Shown here piece after piece: positions 1 to 9,368 of a stretch of 64,000 bases of DNA (the stretch's first letter is position 1; every line of letters begins with the position of its first letter). The stretch is from assembly GCA_963798085.1 (NCBI GenBank), contig CAWCRS010000010.1:115899-179898 (forward strand), given 5' to 3'. The position numbers and the translations under genes were made by a program. The notes beneath the pieces are model-generated. The model was not told where the DNA came from. It saw only the letters and a list, made by a program, of their open reading frames with translations, and did no database searches. The DNA is from an uncultured Gemmatimonadales bacterium. Lineage in GTDB: Bacteria; Gemmatimonadota; Gemmatimonadetes; Longimicrobiales; RSA9.

Positions 1-2688
1 GAACTTGAAGTTGGAGTAGAGCGCGAACAGCAGCAGGAAGATCACGAAGAGCGCCAGTGGCAGCACGATCTGCAGCTGCCGGCGTGACGCCTGGTACTCC
101 TGATACTCGCCGCCCCAGACAATGTGGTATCCGGCCGGGAGCTTGACCTGCTGACTCACCTGGCGCTGTGCATCCTGCACTGCACCGGCCAGATCGCGCC
201 CCTCGACGGAATACTGGATGCCGATGAAGCGCCCATTGTCCTGGCGGTAGATGAAGGACGCGCCGTTCGCGACCTTGATGTCGGCCAGCTCCTTGAGCGG
301 GATGTGCTGGCCATCGGGCGTGGCTACCAGGATGTTGCCGATCGCCTCCGGCGTTTCGCGGAAGCGCGGCTCGAGGCGCACGACCAGATCGAACACCCGC
401 TCACCCTGCACGACGTCGCTCGCGGAGACACCGCCCACCGCGGCTTCGATCAGCTTGTTGATGTCATCGACATTCAGCCCGTAACGCGCAATGCGTGCGC
501 GGTCCGGCGTAACCGTCAGGCTGGGCTGTCCCAGCTCCTGCACCAGCGTCAGCTCACGGATGCCGTCGACGCCGCCCAGCACACGCTTGATCTGCTTGCC
601 CGTGGTCTCGAGCGTATCGAGGTCGGGTCCGAAGACTTTCACGTCGAGTGCGCTCTTCAGGCCGGTCTCTGCTTCGTCGACTGCATCCTCCGCAGGCTGC
701 GTGTAGTTGAAGATGATGCCCGGGTACTGCCGCAGCTTCTGATCGATCGCAGCGATCAGTTCGCTCTTGTCGTGATACTTGCCGTGCCACTGGCCGTACG
801 GCTTGAGGCCCACGAAGAACTCGGCATTGAAAAAACCCGTGGGGTCCGTGCCGTCATCGGGCCGCCCGTGCTCATCCGTGACGTTGGTGACCTCATCGAA
901 CGACTTCAGAATGGCGCGGAACTGCGGTACCAGTGCGGACGACTCGTCGAACGAGATGGTGTAGGGCATGGTGGCGCGCACCCAGAGCGAGCCTTCGTCG
1001 AGGTGCGGCATGAATTCCGCCCCAATGCCGGGAATGAGCAGCAGCGATGCGCCGAAGATGGCGACGGACAGTGCGACGGTGAGGCGAGGCCGGGCGAGGC
1101 ACCAGTCGAGCGTCGCTGCATAGCGCTCCTTCACCCATTCGAATATCGGGTTGCGGCGCTCGCGCACGCCGTGGCGCAGCACCCACGCGCACAGCACGGG
1201 GATCAGCGTGAGTGTTGCAATCAGTGCACCGACCAGTGCATAGATCGTGGTGTCCGCCATCGGCCGGAACAGCTTTCCCGACGGACCGGTCAGCGCGTAG
1301 ATCGGCAGGAACCCGGCCACGATCACCGCCACCGCGTAGAAGATCGGGCGATCCACTTCGCCCGCGGCCGCGACGATCACATCGCGAACGCTGTACTCGG
1401 TGCCGTGCCGCAGTGCCAGTTGCCGATGGATGTTCTCGACCATCACCACGGTGCCGTCGACCAGGATGCCGAAATCGATGGCGCCGATGGACAGCAGGTT
1501 CGCCGGGATGTTGCGCAGGTCCAGGCAGATGAACGCGAACAGCAGCGCGATCGGGATGGCGGCCGCGACGATCAGACCGGAGCGCAGGTCGTAGAGGAAA
1601 AACACCAGCACCACAATGACCAGCACAATGCCGCGCAGCAGGTTGTCTTCCACCGTGTGCGTGGTCAGGTCCACGAGATTGCTGCGGTCGTAGAAGGGGT
1701 GGATTCTGACGTCGCGTGGCAGCAGCGAGTCGTTCAGCTGCCGGGTCTTCGCTTCCACCGCCTTGAGCACGGTCTGCGCCTGCTCGCCCTTGCGCATGAG
1801 GATGACGCCTTCGACGGCGTCATTGCGGTCATTGAAGCCGAACTGGCCGAGACGGGGCGCGTGGCCGATCGCGACCCTGCCCACATCCTTCACCAGCACG
1901 GGCGTGCCGCTGTGCGTCGCCAGCACGACGTTGCCGATATCCTCCAGCGTGCTGATGCGTCCCAGACCGCGTACGTAGTAGAACTGCCCGCCTTCCGAGT
2001 AGAAGCCGCCGCCCGTGTTGCTGTTGTTAGCGCTCAGCGCGTCGACGACATTGCCCACGGAGAGTCCTGTCGCGGCCAGGCGCGCGGGATCGAGGAGCAC
2101 CTGGTACTGCATGGTCTCGCCGCCCAGCGGCGAGTCATCGGCAACGCCGGCCACCGAGCGGTACTGCCGCACGATGAACCAGTCGTTCAGGATCTTCAGG
2201 TCCATGGCCGACTGGTCGGGACTGTCCAGCACGTAGCGGTAGACCAGGCCGGAAGGCGAGAAGAGCGGATCGACGCCGGGACTCACGCCTTCCGGGATCT
2301 CGGCGTCGGGCAGGCGTTCGAACACCTGCTCGCGCGCGAAGTAGCTGTCCGTGCCATCCTCGAACGTCATGCGGATGGAGGACAGTCCATACAGCGAGAT
2401 CGAGCGGATGATGCGCATCTTCGGGATGCCGTTCATTTCCGTCTCGATGGGAACTGTAATAAGGCGTTCGACTTCCTCCGCCGCGTGCCCGGGCCACTGT
2501 GTCGTGACTTCGACCAGGGGAGGCGAGAGATCCGGATACGCGTCCACGGGCAGGCGTCTGAACGACCAGATGCCGGCCCCGATCAGCAGCAGACTGAACA
2601 GCCCGACCAGGAACTGCTGGCGCAGTGACGCGGCGACAATGCCGTTGATGAGCGACGCGGCGCGCGACTCGTGTCTTTCCTCGCTCAC
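1..2688 (-). CDS. czcA: CzcA/CusA-family heavy-metal efflux RND permease (3' end outside window)
   Basis: Absent from the ORF track because it runs off the edge. My translation from GTG 2688 (GTGA overlap with the upstream stop) gives ...LPVDAYPDLSPPLVEVTTQWPGHAAEEVERLIT... and the TM4 motif GAIDFGILVDGTVVMVEN typical of CzcA-type (divalent cation) pumps. Confidence 0.92.
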   Translation of the reverse strand, partial: MSEERHESRAASLINGIVAASLRQQFLVGLFSLLLIGAGIWSFRRLPVDAYPDLSPPLVEVTTQWPGHAAEEVERLITVPIETEMNGIPKMRIIRSISLYGLSSIRMTFEDGTDSYFAREQVFERLPDAEIPEGVSPGVDPLFSPSGLVYRYVLDSPDQSAMDLKILNDWFIVRQYRSVAGVADDSPLGGETMQYQVLLDPARLAATGLSVGNVVDALSANNSNTGGGFYSEGGQFYYVRGLGRISTLEDIGNVVLATHSGTPVLVKDVGRVAIGHAPRLGQFGFNDRNDAVEGVILMRKGEQAQTVLKAVEAKTRQLNDSLLPRDVRIHPFYDRSNLVDLTTHTVEDNLLRGIVLVIVVLVFFLYDLRSGLIVAAAIPIALLFAFICLDLRNIPANLLSIGAIDFGILVDGTVVMVENIHRQLALRHGTEYSVRDVIVAAAGEVDRPIFYAVAVIVAGFLPIYALTGPSGKLFRPMADTTIYALVGALIATLTLIPVLCAWVLRHGVRERRNPIFEWVKERYAATLDWCLARPRLTVALSVAIFGASLLLIPGIGAEFMPHLDEGSLWVRATMPYTISFDESSALVPQFRAILKSFDEVTNVTDEHGRPDDGTDPTGFFNAEFFVGLKPYGQWHGKYHDKSELIAAIDQKLRQYPGIIFNYTQPAEDAVDEAETGLKSALDVKVFGPDLDTLETTGKQIKRVLGGVDGIRELTLVQELGQPSLTVTPDRARIARYGLNVDDINKLIEAAVGGVSASDVVQGERVFDLVVRLEPRFRETPEAIGNILVATPDGQHIPLKELADIKVANGASFIYRQDNGRFIGIQYSVEGRDLAGAVQDAQRQVSQQVKLPAGYHIVWGGEYQEYQASRRQLQIVLPLALFVIFLLLFALYSNFKF

Positions 2689-3836
2689 TGGTTGGCTGCG
2701 AACTGCAGGAACAGTCCGCCCTCCGTGACAATGGAATCCCCCGCCGCGAGTCCTGACTTGATCTCGTAGCGATCCCCCAGGCGCAGCCCCAGCTGGACCG
2801 GCTTGCGGGTGAAGCCCTCCGCGGTCTGCTGAAAGACAAACGGCAGGTTATCACTGTCGCGCAGCACGGCCGATACCGGGATCAGCAGGCCGCTGCGTTC
2901 CCGCCTCGAGTGCAGCGTCACGCGCACGTACATCGCTTTCTTCAGGAGACCATCGCGGTTGGTCGTTGCGATGCGCACGCCTGTGGCGCGCGTGTCCGCG
3001 TCCACCTCGGCGGCCACGTAGTCGACCCGCCCGTGGAACGCCTCACCGCCCAGGGTCAGCGTGATGTCGGCCGGGTCGCCGACGTGCACGTCCGCGAGAT
3101 CACTCTCGAACACGTTCGCCATCACCCACACGGTCGACATCTCCGCGATCGTGAAGCACGGCGTACTGCCCGCCTGCAGCAGCTGTCCCGGTGTCACCAG
3201 GCGCTCCACCACTTCGCCCGCAATGGGTGCGCGAATCACGCCGTGTGCATTGACCACGGGCTGGCCGTGCTGAATCGCACTCACGGTGGCGGAGTCCGCG
3301 CCCAGCGCGCGCAGCCCCTCGAGTGCGGCGTCGCGGTCCGCTGCGGCCGACGACGCATCCGTTTCCGCCTGCTCGAGGTCCTGCCTCGCCAGCGCGTCAT
3401 TGGCGAACAGTGCCGAATCGCGGTGCACTACGCGCTGCGCGTTCAGCAGTGCGACCTCGGCCTTGCGGTACGCCGCGATGTTGTCCGCAAAATCGGGTGA
3501 CGCGACGTAGGCGAGAGGATCACCGGCCGCCACACGTGCGCCGGGCTCGACCAGCAGATTCGTCACCGGGCCCGAAATCGAAGAGAGCACCTGCGTGCTC
3601 CTGTCGCCATCGAAATCCACGGTGCCCGTCACGTCGACCGCCGGCGTGAAGCGCGCACTCGCGACCGGCGCGATGTGGAAGCGCGACCGCTGCGCATCCG
3701 TCAACTGGCCTGCCACCGCCGGATCGGCGCCCTCCGGCGTATCACCCCTGCCGCCGCACGCCGCGGCAACGACTACCACGCAGAGCAGTGCTGCGGAGAG
3801 GCGTGCACCGTCCGCCCGCGAGGATTCAGTTCTCAT
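2685..3836 (-). CDS. czcB: RND efflux membrane-fusion (periplasmic adaptor) subunit
   Basis: ATG 3836 (MRTESS...), lipoprotein-like signal VVAAACGG, IRAPIAGEVVER lipoyl half-motif, lies between TolC and RND genes. Confidence 0.9.
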   Translation of the reverse strand: MRTESSRADGARLSAALLCVVVVAAACGGRGDTPEGADPAVAGQLTDAQRSRFHIAPVASARFTPAVDVTGTVDFDGDRSTQVLSSISGPVTNLLVEPGARVAAGDPLAYVASPDFADNIAAYRKAEVALLNAQRVVHRDSALFANDALARQDLEQAETDASSAAADRDAALEGLRALGADSATVSAIQHGQPVVNAHGVIRAPIAGEVVERLVTPGQLLQAGSTPCFTIAEMSTVWVMANVFESDLADVHVGDPADITLTLGGEAFHGRVDYVAAEVDADTRATGVRIATTNRDGLLKKAMYVRVTLHSRRERSGLLIPVSAVLRDSDNLPFVFQQTAEGFTRKPVQLGLRLGDRYEIKSGLAAGDSIVTEGGLFLQFAANQ

Positions 3837-5142
3837 GAGTATCTCCATTGCCGATGCTGTCGAGTGCAACGCCCACAGCCCGTTCGAGGTCGGCGCGCGC
3901 ATCATTCGCGGCTCCCAGTGCCTCCGCGTATTGGCTTTCTGCGTCCAGCAGTGTGCGGCGGGTGTCGAGCACTTCCAGTGCGGATGAACCGCCCAGGCCA
4001 TAGCTCACGGTCGCAATGCGAAAGGCTTCGCGCGCCTCGGGCAGCAGCTGGTCGCGAATGTAGATCGCCTGCTGCAGTGCCGTGGCGGCCGTGGCGTACG
4101 CGGTGCGCACGTCTTCGTCCACCTGCGCTGTAAGATCGTGATCGTCCGCTTCCAGCTGCCGCTCGAAGTGCTTGGCCTCCGCCACTTCGCCGGCCTGGTG
4201 GTTCCAGAAGAACAGCGGCACGCTGATGCCGATCCCTGTGGTGAAGCTGTTGGGTGCCCCCGACGCCACGTTCTTCTGTACCGAGATGTCAATGTCGGGC
4301 AGCCAGTACGACCGGGCCAGCGACGTGGCCGAATGCGCGCCGGCTCGCTGCCGGGCCATGCCCAGCAGCTCGGGACGCCGCTGCAGCGCGAGCTGCTCCA
4401 GCACCGCCAGCTGCGGGATCGCCTCCGGTACGACCAGCGAATCCGCCGCCTCGAGCGACGCCCCGAGGATGCGACCCATGATGCGATTCAGCGCCGAGCG
4501 CGCGTTGGCCACGTCACGCGTGTTGGCGATCAACGCGTTCTCGGCCTGTGCCAGGTCCACTTGCGCCTTGATCACATCGAGTCGCGCGACACTGCCCTGA
4601 TTGAAGCGCGCCGTGGTCTTGTCCACGAACTGCTGCGCCAGTCCCCGGCTCTCCTGCAGATCGCTCTGGTGCTGCAGTGCGACGAGCAGCGCGTCGTACG
4701 ACTGCGCGGCGCTCGCCGCCGTCTGCTGACGCAGCTGTTCGTACGAGAATTCCGCCGTTGCCACATCGGCGCTCCCCACGCGATGCCGCAGCACGAACTT
4801 GCTGGGAAATGGCACCAGCACGTCGAGGCCGAGATCGCTCCCGCCGTTGACGCCGGGGCGGCGCAGATTCGATTCGCCCACCACATCGGCGGAGAACGCG
4901 GGATCAGGGAACGCGGTGGCCTCGGCGCGTCGGGCCCTCGCCTGCTCGATCTGCTCGCGCGCCGACGCGAGCGACGGGTTGTGCGCCAGTGCGCTGTCGA
5001 TGGCCTGCCGTCGGGTGAGCGTCAGGGGCGGCCCCTGCTGCGCCCGCACGACGGGCGGCAACGCGAGCAGGGCCGCCAGCCCGAGCGCGGCGGAAATGCG
5101 CGATTTCCTCAACGAACGCCTCCGGATGGTCGGTACGTGCAA
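3826..5142 (-). CDS. czcC: TolC/CzcC-family outer-membrane efflux protein
   Basis: Signal peptide, two OEP repeats (AIDSALAHNPSL; LEQLALQRRPEL; SYGLGGSSALEVLD). TTG start with GGGAG 8 nt upstream. Confidence 0.88.
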   Translation of the reverse strand: MHVPTIRRRSLRKSRISAALGLAALLALPPVVRAQQGPPLTLTRRQAIDSALAHNPSLASAREQIEQARARRAEATAFPDPAFSADVVGESNLRRPGVNGGSDLGLDVLVPFPSKFVLRHRVGSADVATAEFSYEQLRQQTAASAAQSYDALLVALQHQSDLQESRGLAQQFVDKTTARFNQGSVARLDVIKAQVDLAQAENALIANTRDVANARSALNRIMGRILGASLEAADSLVVPEAIPQLAVLEQLALQRRPELLGMARQRAGAHSATSLARSYWLPDIDISVQKNVASGAPNSFTTGIGISVPLFFWNHQAGEVAEAKHFERQLEADDHDLTAQVDEDVRTAYATAATALQQAIYIRDQLLPEAREAFRIATVSYGLGGSSALEVLDTRRTLLDAESQYAEALGAANDARADLERAVGVALDSIGNGDTHEN

Positions 5143-5180
5143 CCCGGATGCTCCCGCGGGAGCTCCGGTCGGTGCACTAC
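5133..5180 (-). promoter_or_regulatory. mRNA hairpin occluding the czcC Shine-Dalgarno and start codon
   Basis: mRNA CCGGA-GCUCC-[CGCG]-GGAGC-A-UCCGG (5168-5144), plus outer pairing GUGCA/UGCAC (5177-5173 with 5141-5137). GGAG and the UUG start are in the 3' arm. Confidence 0.6.
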
Positions 5181-5210
5181 TGCGCTACTTCGACAATGTG
5201 AGTGGCTGCG

Positions 5211-5555
5211 TCAGACGGGAGACGGTGGGGCGCGGGAAGGAGGTTGCCGCCCAATGGGGGCGCGCGCCGTGATGTGACTGGAAGAAGCAATACGCCGCAC
5301 GACGCGCGTGATGCACTCCCGCGTCGCTTGCGCTACTGGAAGCGTGGACTGCGCCGAGCTGGGGGTGAAGCCCAGCATGCAGTGATCGGCGTGGGTCGCA
5401 ACGCCCACCGCAGACTCGACGTTCGCTCCGGGCGAGTGCGCTGCGCTCCCGCCATGGAAGAGAACCGCGTCGAGCCCGCCGAAGCCGACCTCGCCCAGGA
5501 AGAAGACCGTGGCGAGGAACAGACCGTTGATGGAACGGCGGAGCCGCTGCGACAT
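5211..5555 (-). CDS. DUF2946/CzcI-like leader protein with His/Cys motif and C-terminal RAPP motif
   Basis: 114 aa from ATG 5555: N-terminal hydrophobic segment, THADHCML, ends RQPPSRAPPSPV*. Directly upstream of the efflux operon. Confidence 0.7.
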   Translation of the reverse strand: MSQRLRRSINGLFLATVFFLGEVGFGGLDAVLFHGGSAAHSPGANVESAVGVATHADHCMLGFTPSSAQSTLPVAQATRECITRVVRRIASSSHITARAPIGRQPPSRAPPSPV

Positions 5556-5658
5556 GGGCCCGTGGTACACGGCCGACCCCGAAATGAGCCTCAGCGTCAT
5601 GAGTGGCTGTATTTCCCCGTCCACCGGGCCGGCTGTTACAAGGCGGCCGCCGGTCGCT

Positions 5659-8600
5659 TCAATCGCCGCCGACCTCCGGCAATCCCGCTGCACGCAGTCG
5701 CGCGTTGAGTGCGGGAAGGTCACGCGTCCGGACCCCCTGCCAGCGCGCGAGCAGCTGACCGAAGGCCGCGGTCTCACTGGTGATGGCCGCGACCAGCTGC
5801 GTGGTGGGCGTGACATCCGCGTCCTGCAGCATCTCCATGAGCGAAGCGAGCTGGCCGGCCACCGCCGCGAGCCCGGGCGCGCCGCCGCCGCCGCGACCGC
5901 CGCGGCCGCGGCCACCACCGCCCGCGCCTTCGACCGCCGCCGCCGCGGCATCGACTTCATTCACCTGCGTGAGCAGCTCGCCGGTCGCCCGGCCGCGCAG
6001 GTCGTTGAGCTGTGCGCGGACCGTACGCACCTGCTGCTGTGCGGCCGAGTCCTGCCGCAGCGCGCGGTAGAGCTGCAGGCTCATTTGGTACTGCCGCTGC
6101 CACACCAGCGGCGAGGTCTTCACGCGCGGATCCATGCGCACGGTCAGTGGCGCCTGCTGCGTCGTGCCATTGACAGTCAGGCGCACCGTGTACGTGCCGG
6201 GGAGTACCCACGGGCCCAGCGGCTGCGGCGCCGTGTTGTGCGGTGTCGCCGAAATGGAGAAGCTGACGTTGTCCGCCGCGCCCGGCGGCGGCGACCAGTG
6301 CAGATCCCAGACGAATCTGTGCATGCCCGGTTCGCCCGACAGGATGCGCGTGGGCCGGATCCACCACGAGGGTACGTTGCCGATGTCCGTGATCTCGATC
6401 GGCTTGTCGTCGCTGCTGTATCGCCGAACGACCTGTTGCTGCGCGTCCAGAATCTCGAGCACGACAGGACCATGCGCGGCCGACGCCAGCGAGTAGTCGA
6501 TCAGCGCCCCATCCGGCGGATTCTCGCCGGCCGGCTCATCGGGCGGCAGCGGCGTGTCCGGCCACTGGTCCCAGCGGAAACGGTACGCAGCGCCCGGACG
6601 GTACAGATGTACAGCAGCGGTGGTCGTGGTCGCATTCATCTGCCGCAGCGGCGAGATGTCGTCGAGGATCCAGAAGGAGCGGCCGTGGGTGCCCAGCACC
6701 ACATCGTTGTCCTTGATCACGAGATCGCGGATCGAAGTCGCGGGCATGTTCAGACGCAGCGACTGCCAGTGGTCGCCATCATCGAAGGACACGTAAACAG
6801 CCTGTTCGGTGCCCGCGAACAGCAGGCCGCGGCGCACACGATCTTCCCGCACCACGTTGACGACGCCGCCGTCGGGAATCCCGTTGGTAATCTGCTGCCA
6901 GGTCTTCCCGCCGTCGTGCGTGCGCCAGAGGTGCGGGCGCAGGTCATCGATGCGAATGGTGTTGACGGCGGCGTACGCCGTCAGCGAGTCGAAGCGGCCC
7001 GCATCCATGATGGAGATCTTGCTCCAGGGCGTCGCCTTCAGCTTCCGGCGGCGTCACATCCTTCCACGTCTTCCCTGCATCGAAGGTCACGTGGATGAGA
7101 CCATCATCGCTGCCCGCCCAGATCACGTTCGTGGTGCGGTACGAAGGTGCGATGGTGTAGATCACGCCCGGGTGCCGACCCCTGGCCGCGGCGGTATTCG
7201 CGTACACGCCCACGCTCGCCGGCAGCACGCTGTCAGTGCGCGTCAGGTCCGGACTGATCTGCGTCCAGCTCTGACCACCCGTCGTCGTCTTCCACACCGT
7301 GTTGGACGCGAAGTACAGGATATGCGGATCGACGGTCGAGAACACCAGCGGCGCGGTGCGCAGCGTGCGATAGTCGCCGGCGCCGCCGCTGCGGCCCACG
7401 CGCGGCGACACGTTCTGCACCTGCCCGGTACGCCGGTCGTAGCGCGAGACCTTGCCGCCATAGACGATGTCCGGGTCGAGCGGATCGGGCGCCACGTAGC
7501 CGTACTCCTCGACGCCCACCGGATGCCACTCGCTGAACGTGATGCGGCCATCATCACTGCGACTCTGCACACACACCGAGCCGCTCTCCTGCTGCCCGCT
7601 GCACACGCGATAGGGGAAGGCATTGTCGGTCATCACGTGATACATCTGACGCGGTGGGCTGGTTGTACCACGAGCTGAACGTCTCGCCGCCGTTCACCGT
7701 GATGATCGCGCCCTGGTCCGACGCGATGAGAATGATGTCCGGGTTCTTCGGGTTGATCCACAGGCGGTGGTAATCATCACCGCCGGGCGCGCCGCGGAAC
7801 GCCTTCCACGTGCGCCCGCCGTCCATGGACTTCCAGGAGACGACACTGCCCGTGTAGACAATGTCCGGGTTCATGGGATCGACCTTTACTTCCGCGAAGT
7901 CCGACGGCCGCGAGGCGGCGCGCGCGTCGTCCGTGATGCGGCGCCAGCTCTCCCCGGCGTCGTCGCTGCGGTAGACCCAGCCCTGGCCGTCGGATCTCGA
8001 CGGTGGCGTACAGCCGGCGACGGGTCGCTGGGCGCGACGGTGATGCCGATGCGGCCGAGTCCGTCTGCGAAGGTGGGCAGGCCCTGCGTCAGCGGGCGCC
8101 AGGTGTCGCCGCCATCCGTCGACTTGAAAATACCGCTGTTAGGCCCCGTGAACGCCGCATTCTCCCACGGTCCCTGCCGCGCCTGCCATAACACGGCATA
8201 CACAGTGTTGGCGTCGCGCGGATCGAACGCCAGATCGACGGCGCCCGTGTCTTCATCCTTGTACAGCACCTTCTGGAACGTGCGCCCGCCGTCCACCGAG
8301 CGGTACACGCCACGCTCCGCATTGGGACCGTACGGGTGACCGAGCACGGCGACGAAGAGCCGGTCGGGATTCGCCGGATCGATGATGATCTGCGGAATCT
8401 GCTGCCCATCGCGCAGCCCGAGATGCGTCCACGTCCTTCCCGCATCGGTCGACTTGTAGATGCCGTCGCCCGTCGCCAGGTCGGGCCGCTGCAGACCTTC
8501 GCCGCTGCCCACGACACGATGTCGGGATTCGATGGCGCCACCGCGATCGCGCCAATGGAGCCGTTCGGCTCATCATCGAAGATCGGATTCCACGTACGTC

Positions 8601-8838
8601 CATAATCCGTCGTCTTCCACACGCCGCCGTTCACCACGCCCATATAGAACACGTTCGGCTGGTCCGGCACGCCCGCGGCGGCTTTCGTCCGCCCGCCCCG
8701 ATGCGGGCCGATCATGCGCCAGCGCAGCTCGCGCAGCTGCGCCCCGTCCACCGACTGCGCCGACGCAACCGTCGTGTGGCAGGCAACGAATGCCAGCGCC
8801 AGACTCACGGGCGCGGCGGCGCGCAGGTATGCACGCAT
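5659..8838 (-). CDS. Exported VPS10/BNR-repeat glycosyl hydrolase-like protein (several frameshifts)
   Basis: ORF pieces 8089-8838, 7886-8512, 7554-7874, 6944-7645 and 5659-7008 join into one protein: signal peptide, WRMIGPHRGGR, many SxDGGxTW Asp-boxes, GTHGRSFWILDD. Confidence 0.85.
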
Positions 8839-9033
8839 GAGGTGTGACTCCGTGATCGGTGTACCGCCAGCCGCGCGGCCGCGCGGGCCGGCCGCCTCAT
8901 GCTACCGTGCGCCCACGCGCCCCGGCAACCGCAGCGGCTCCCCGTCGTTGCGCTGGCGGCAGCGCACTTGCCCGCCGCGGTCTCTTATCATACGATGTCA
9001 GATGAAAACCCTGACATCGTCAGCAGGACAACC

Positions 9034-9366
9034 ATGCCGACTACCGAAATACAGGGAGAGTTCGAACATCAGGTGCTGCTGGCCGCACTGCGCCTGGGCA
9101 ATGCCGCGTTCACTGCCGCCATCGTGCTGGAGCTGGAGGACAAGTCACAGCGTTCCGTGGCGCCGGCCGCGGTATACGTGGCGCTGCGGCGGCTGGAGAA
9201 GAAGAAGCTGGTGCGTTCCGCGCTGCGCACGGGAGACGACCATGGACAGCTGCGCGAGCGGCGTTTCTTCCTGGTTACCAGTCATGGCGTGGATGCGCTG
9301 CGTGCGACGCGGGCCCGGCTGGGCCGGCTCTGGTCGGGTCTGGAAACGATTCTGGCGGAGCGCTGA
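9034..9366 (+). CDS. PadR-family transcriptional regulator
   Basis: GEFEHQVLLAALRL...AAVYVALRRLEKKKLV...RERRFFLVT winged-helix pattern. ATG 9034; an alternative ATG lies at 8995. Confidence 0.85.
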   Translation: MPTTEIQGEFEHQVLLAALRLGNAAFTAAIVLELEDKSQRSVAPAAVYVALRRLEKKKLVRSALRTGDDHGQLRERRFFLVTSHGVDALRATRARLGRLWSGLETILAER

Positions 9367-9368
9367 CC

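Noticed and set aside
124..2628. 834-aa plus-strand ORF (and other long ORFs such as 5509-7098, 16963-18468, 24705-26318, 31824-33566, 54714-56273)
   Set aside because: Antisense shadows of recognisable genes on the opposite strand; expected in high-GC DNA and without family motifs.
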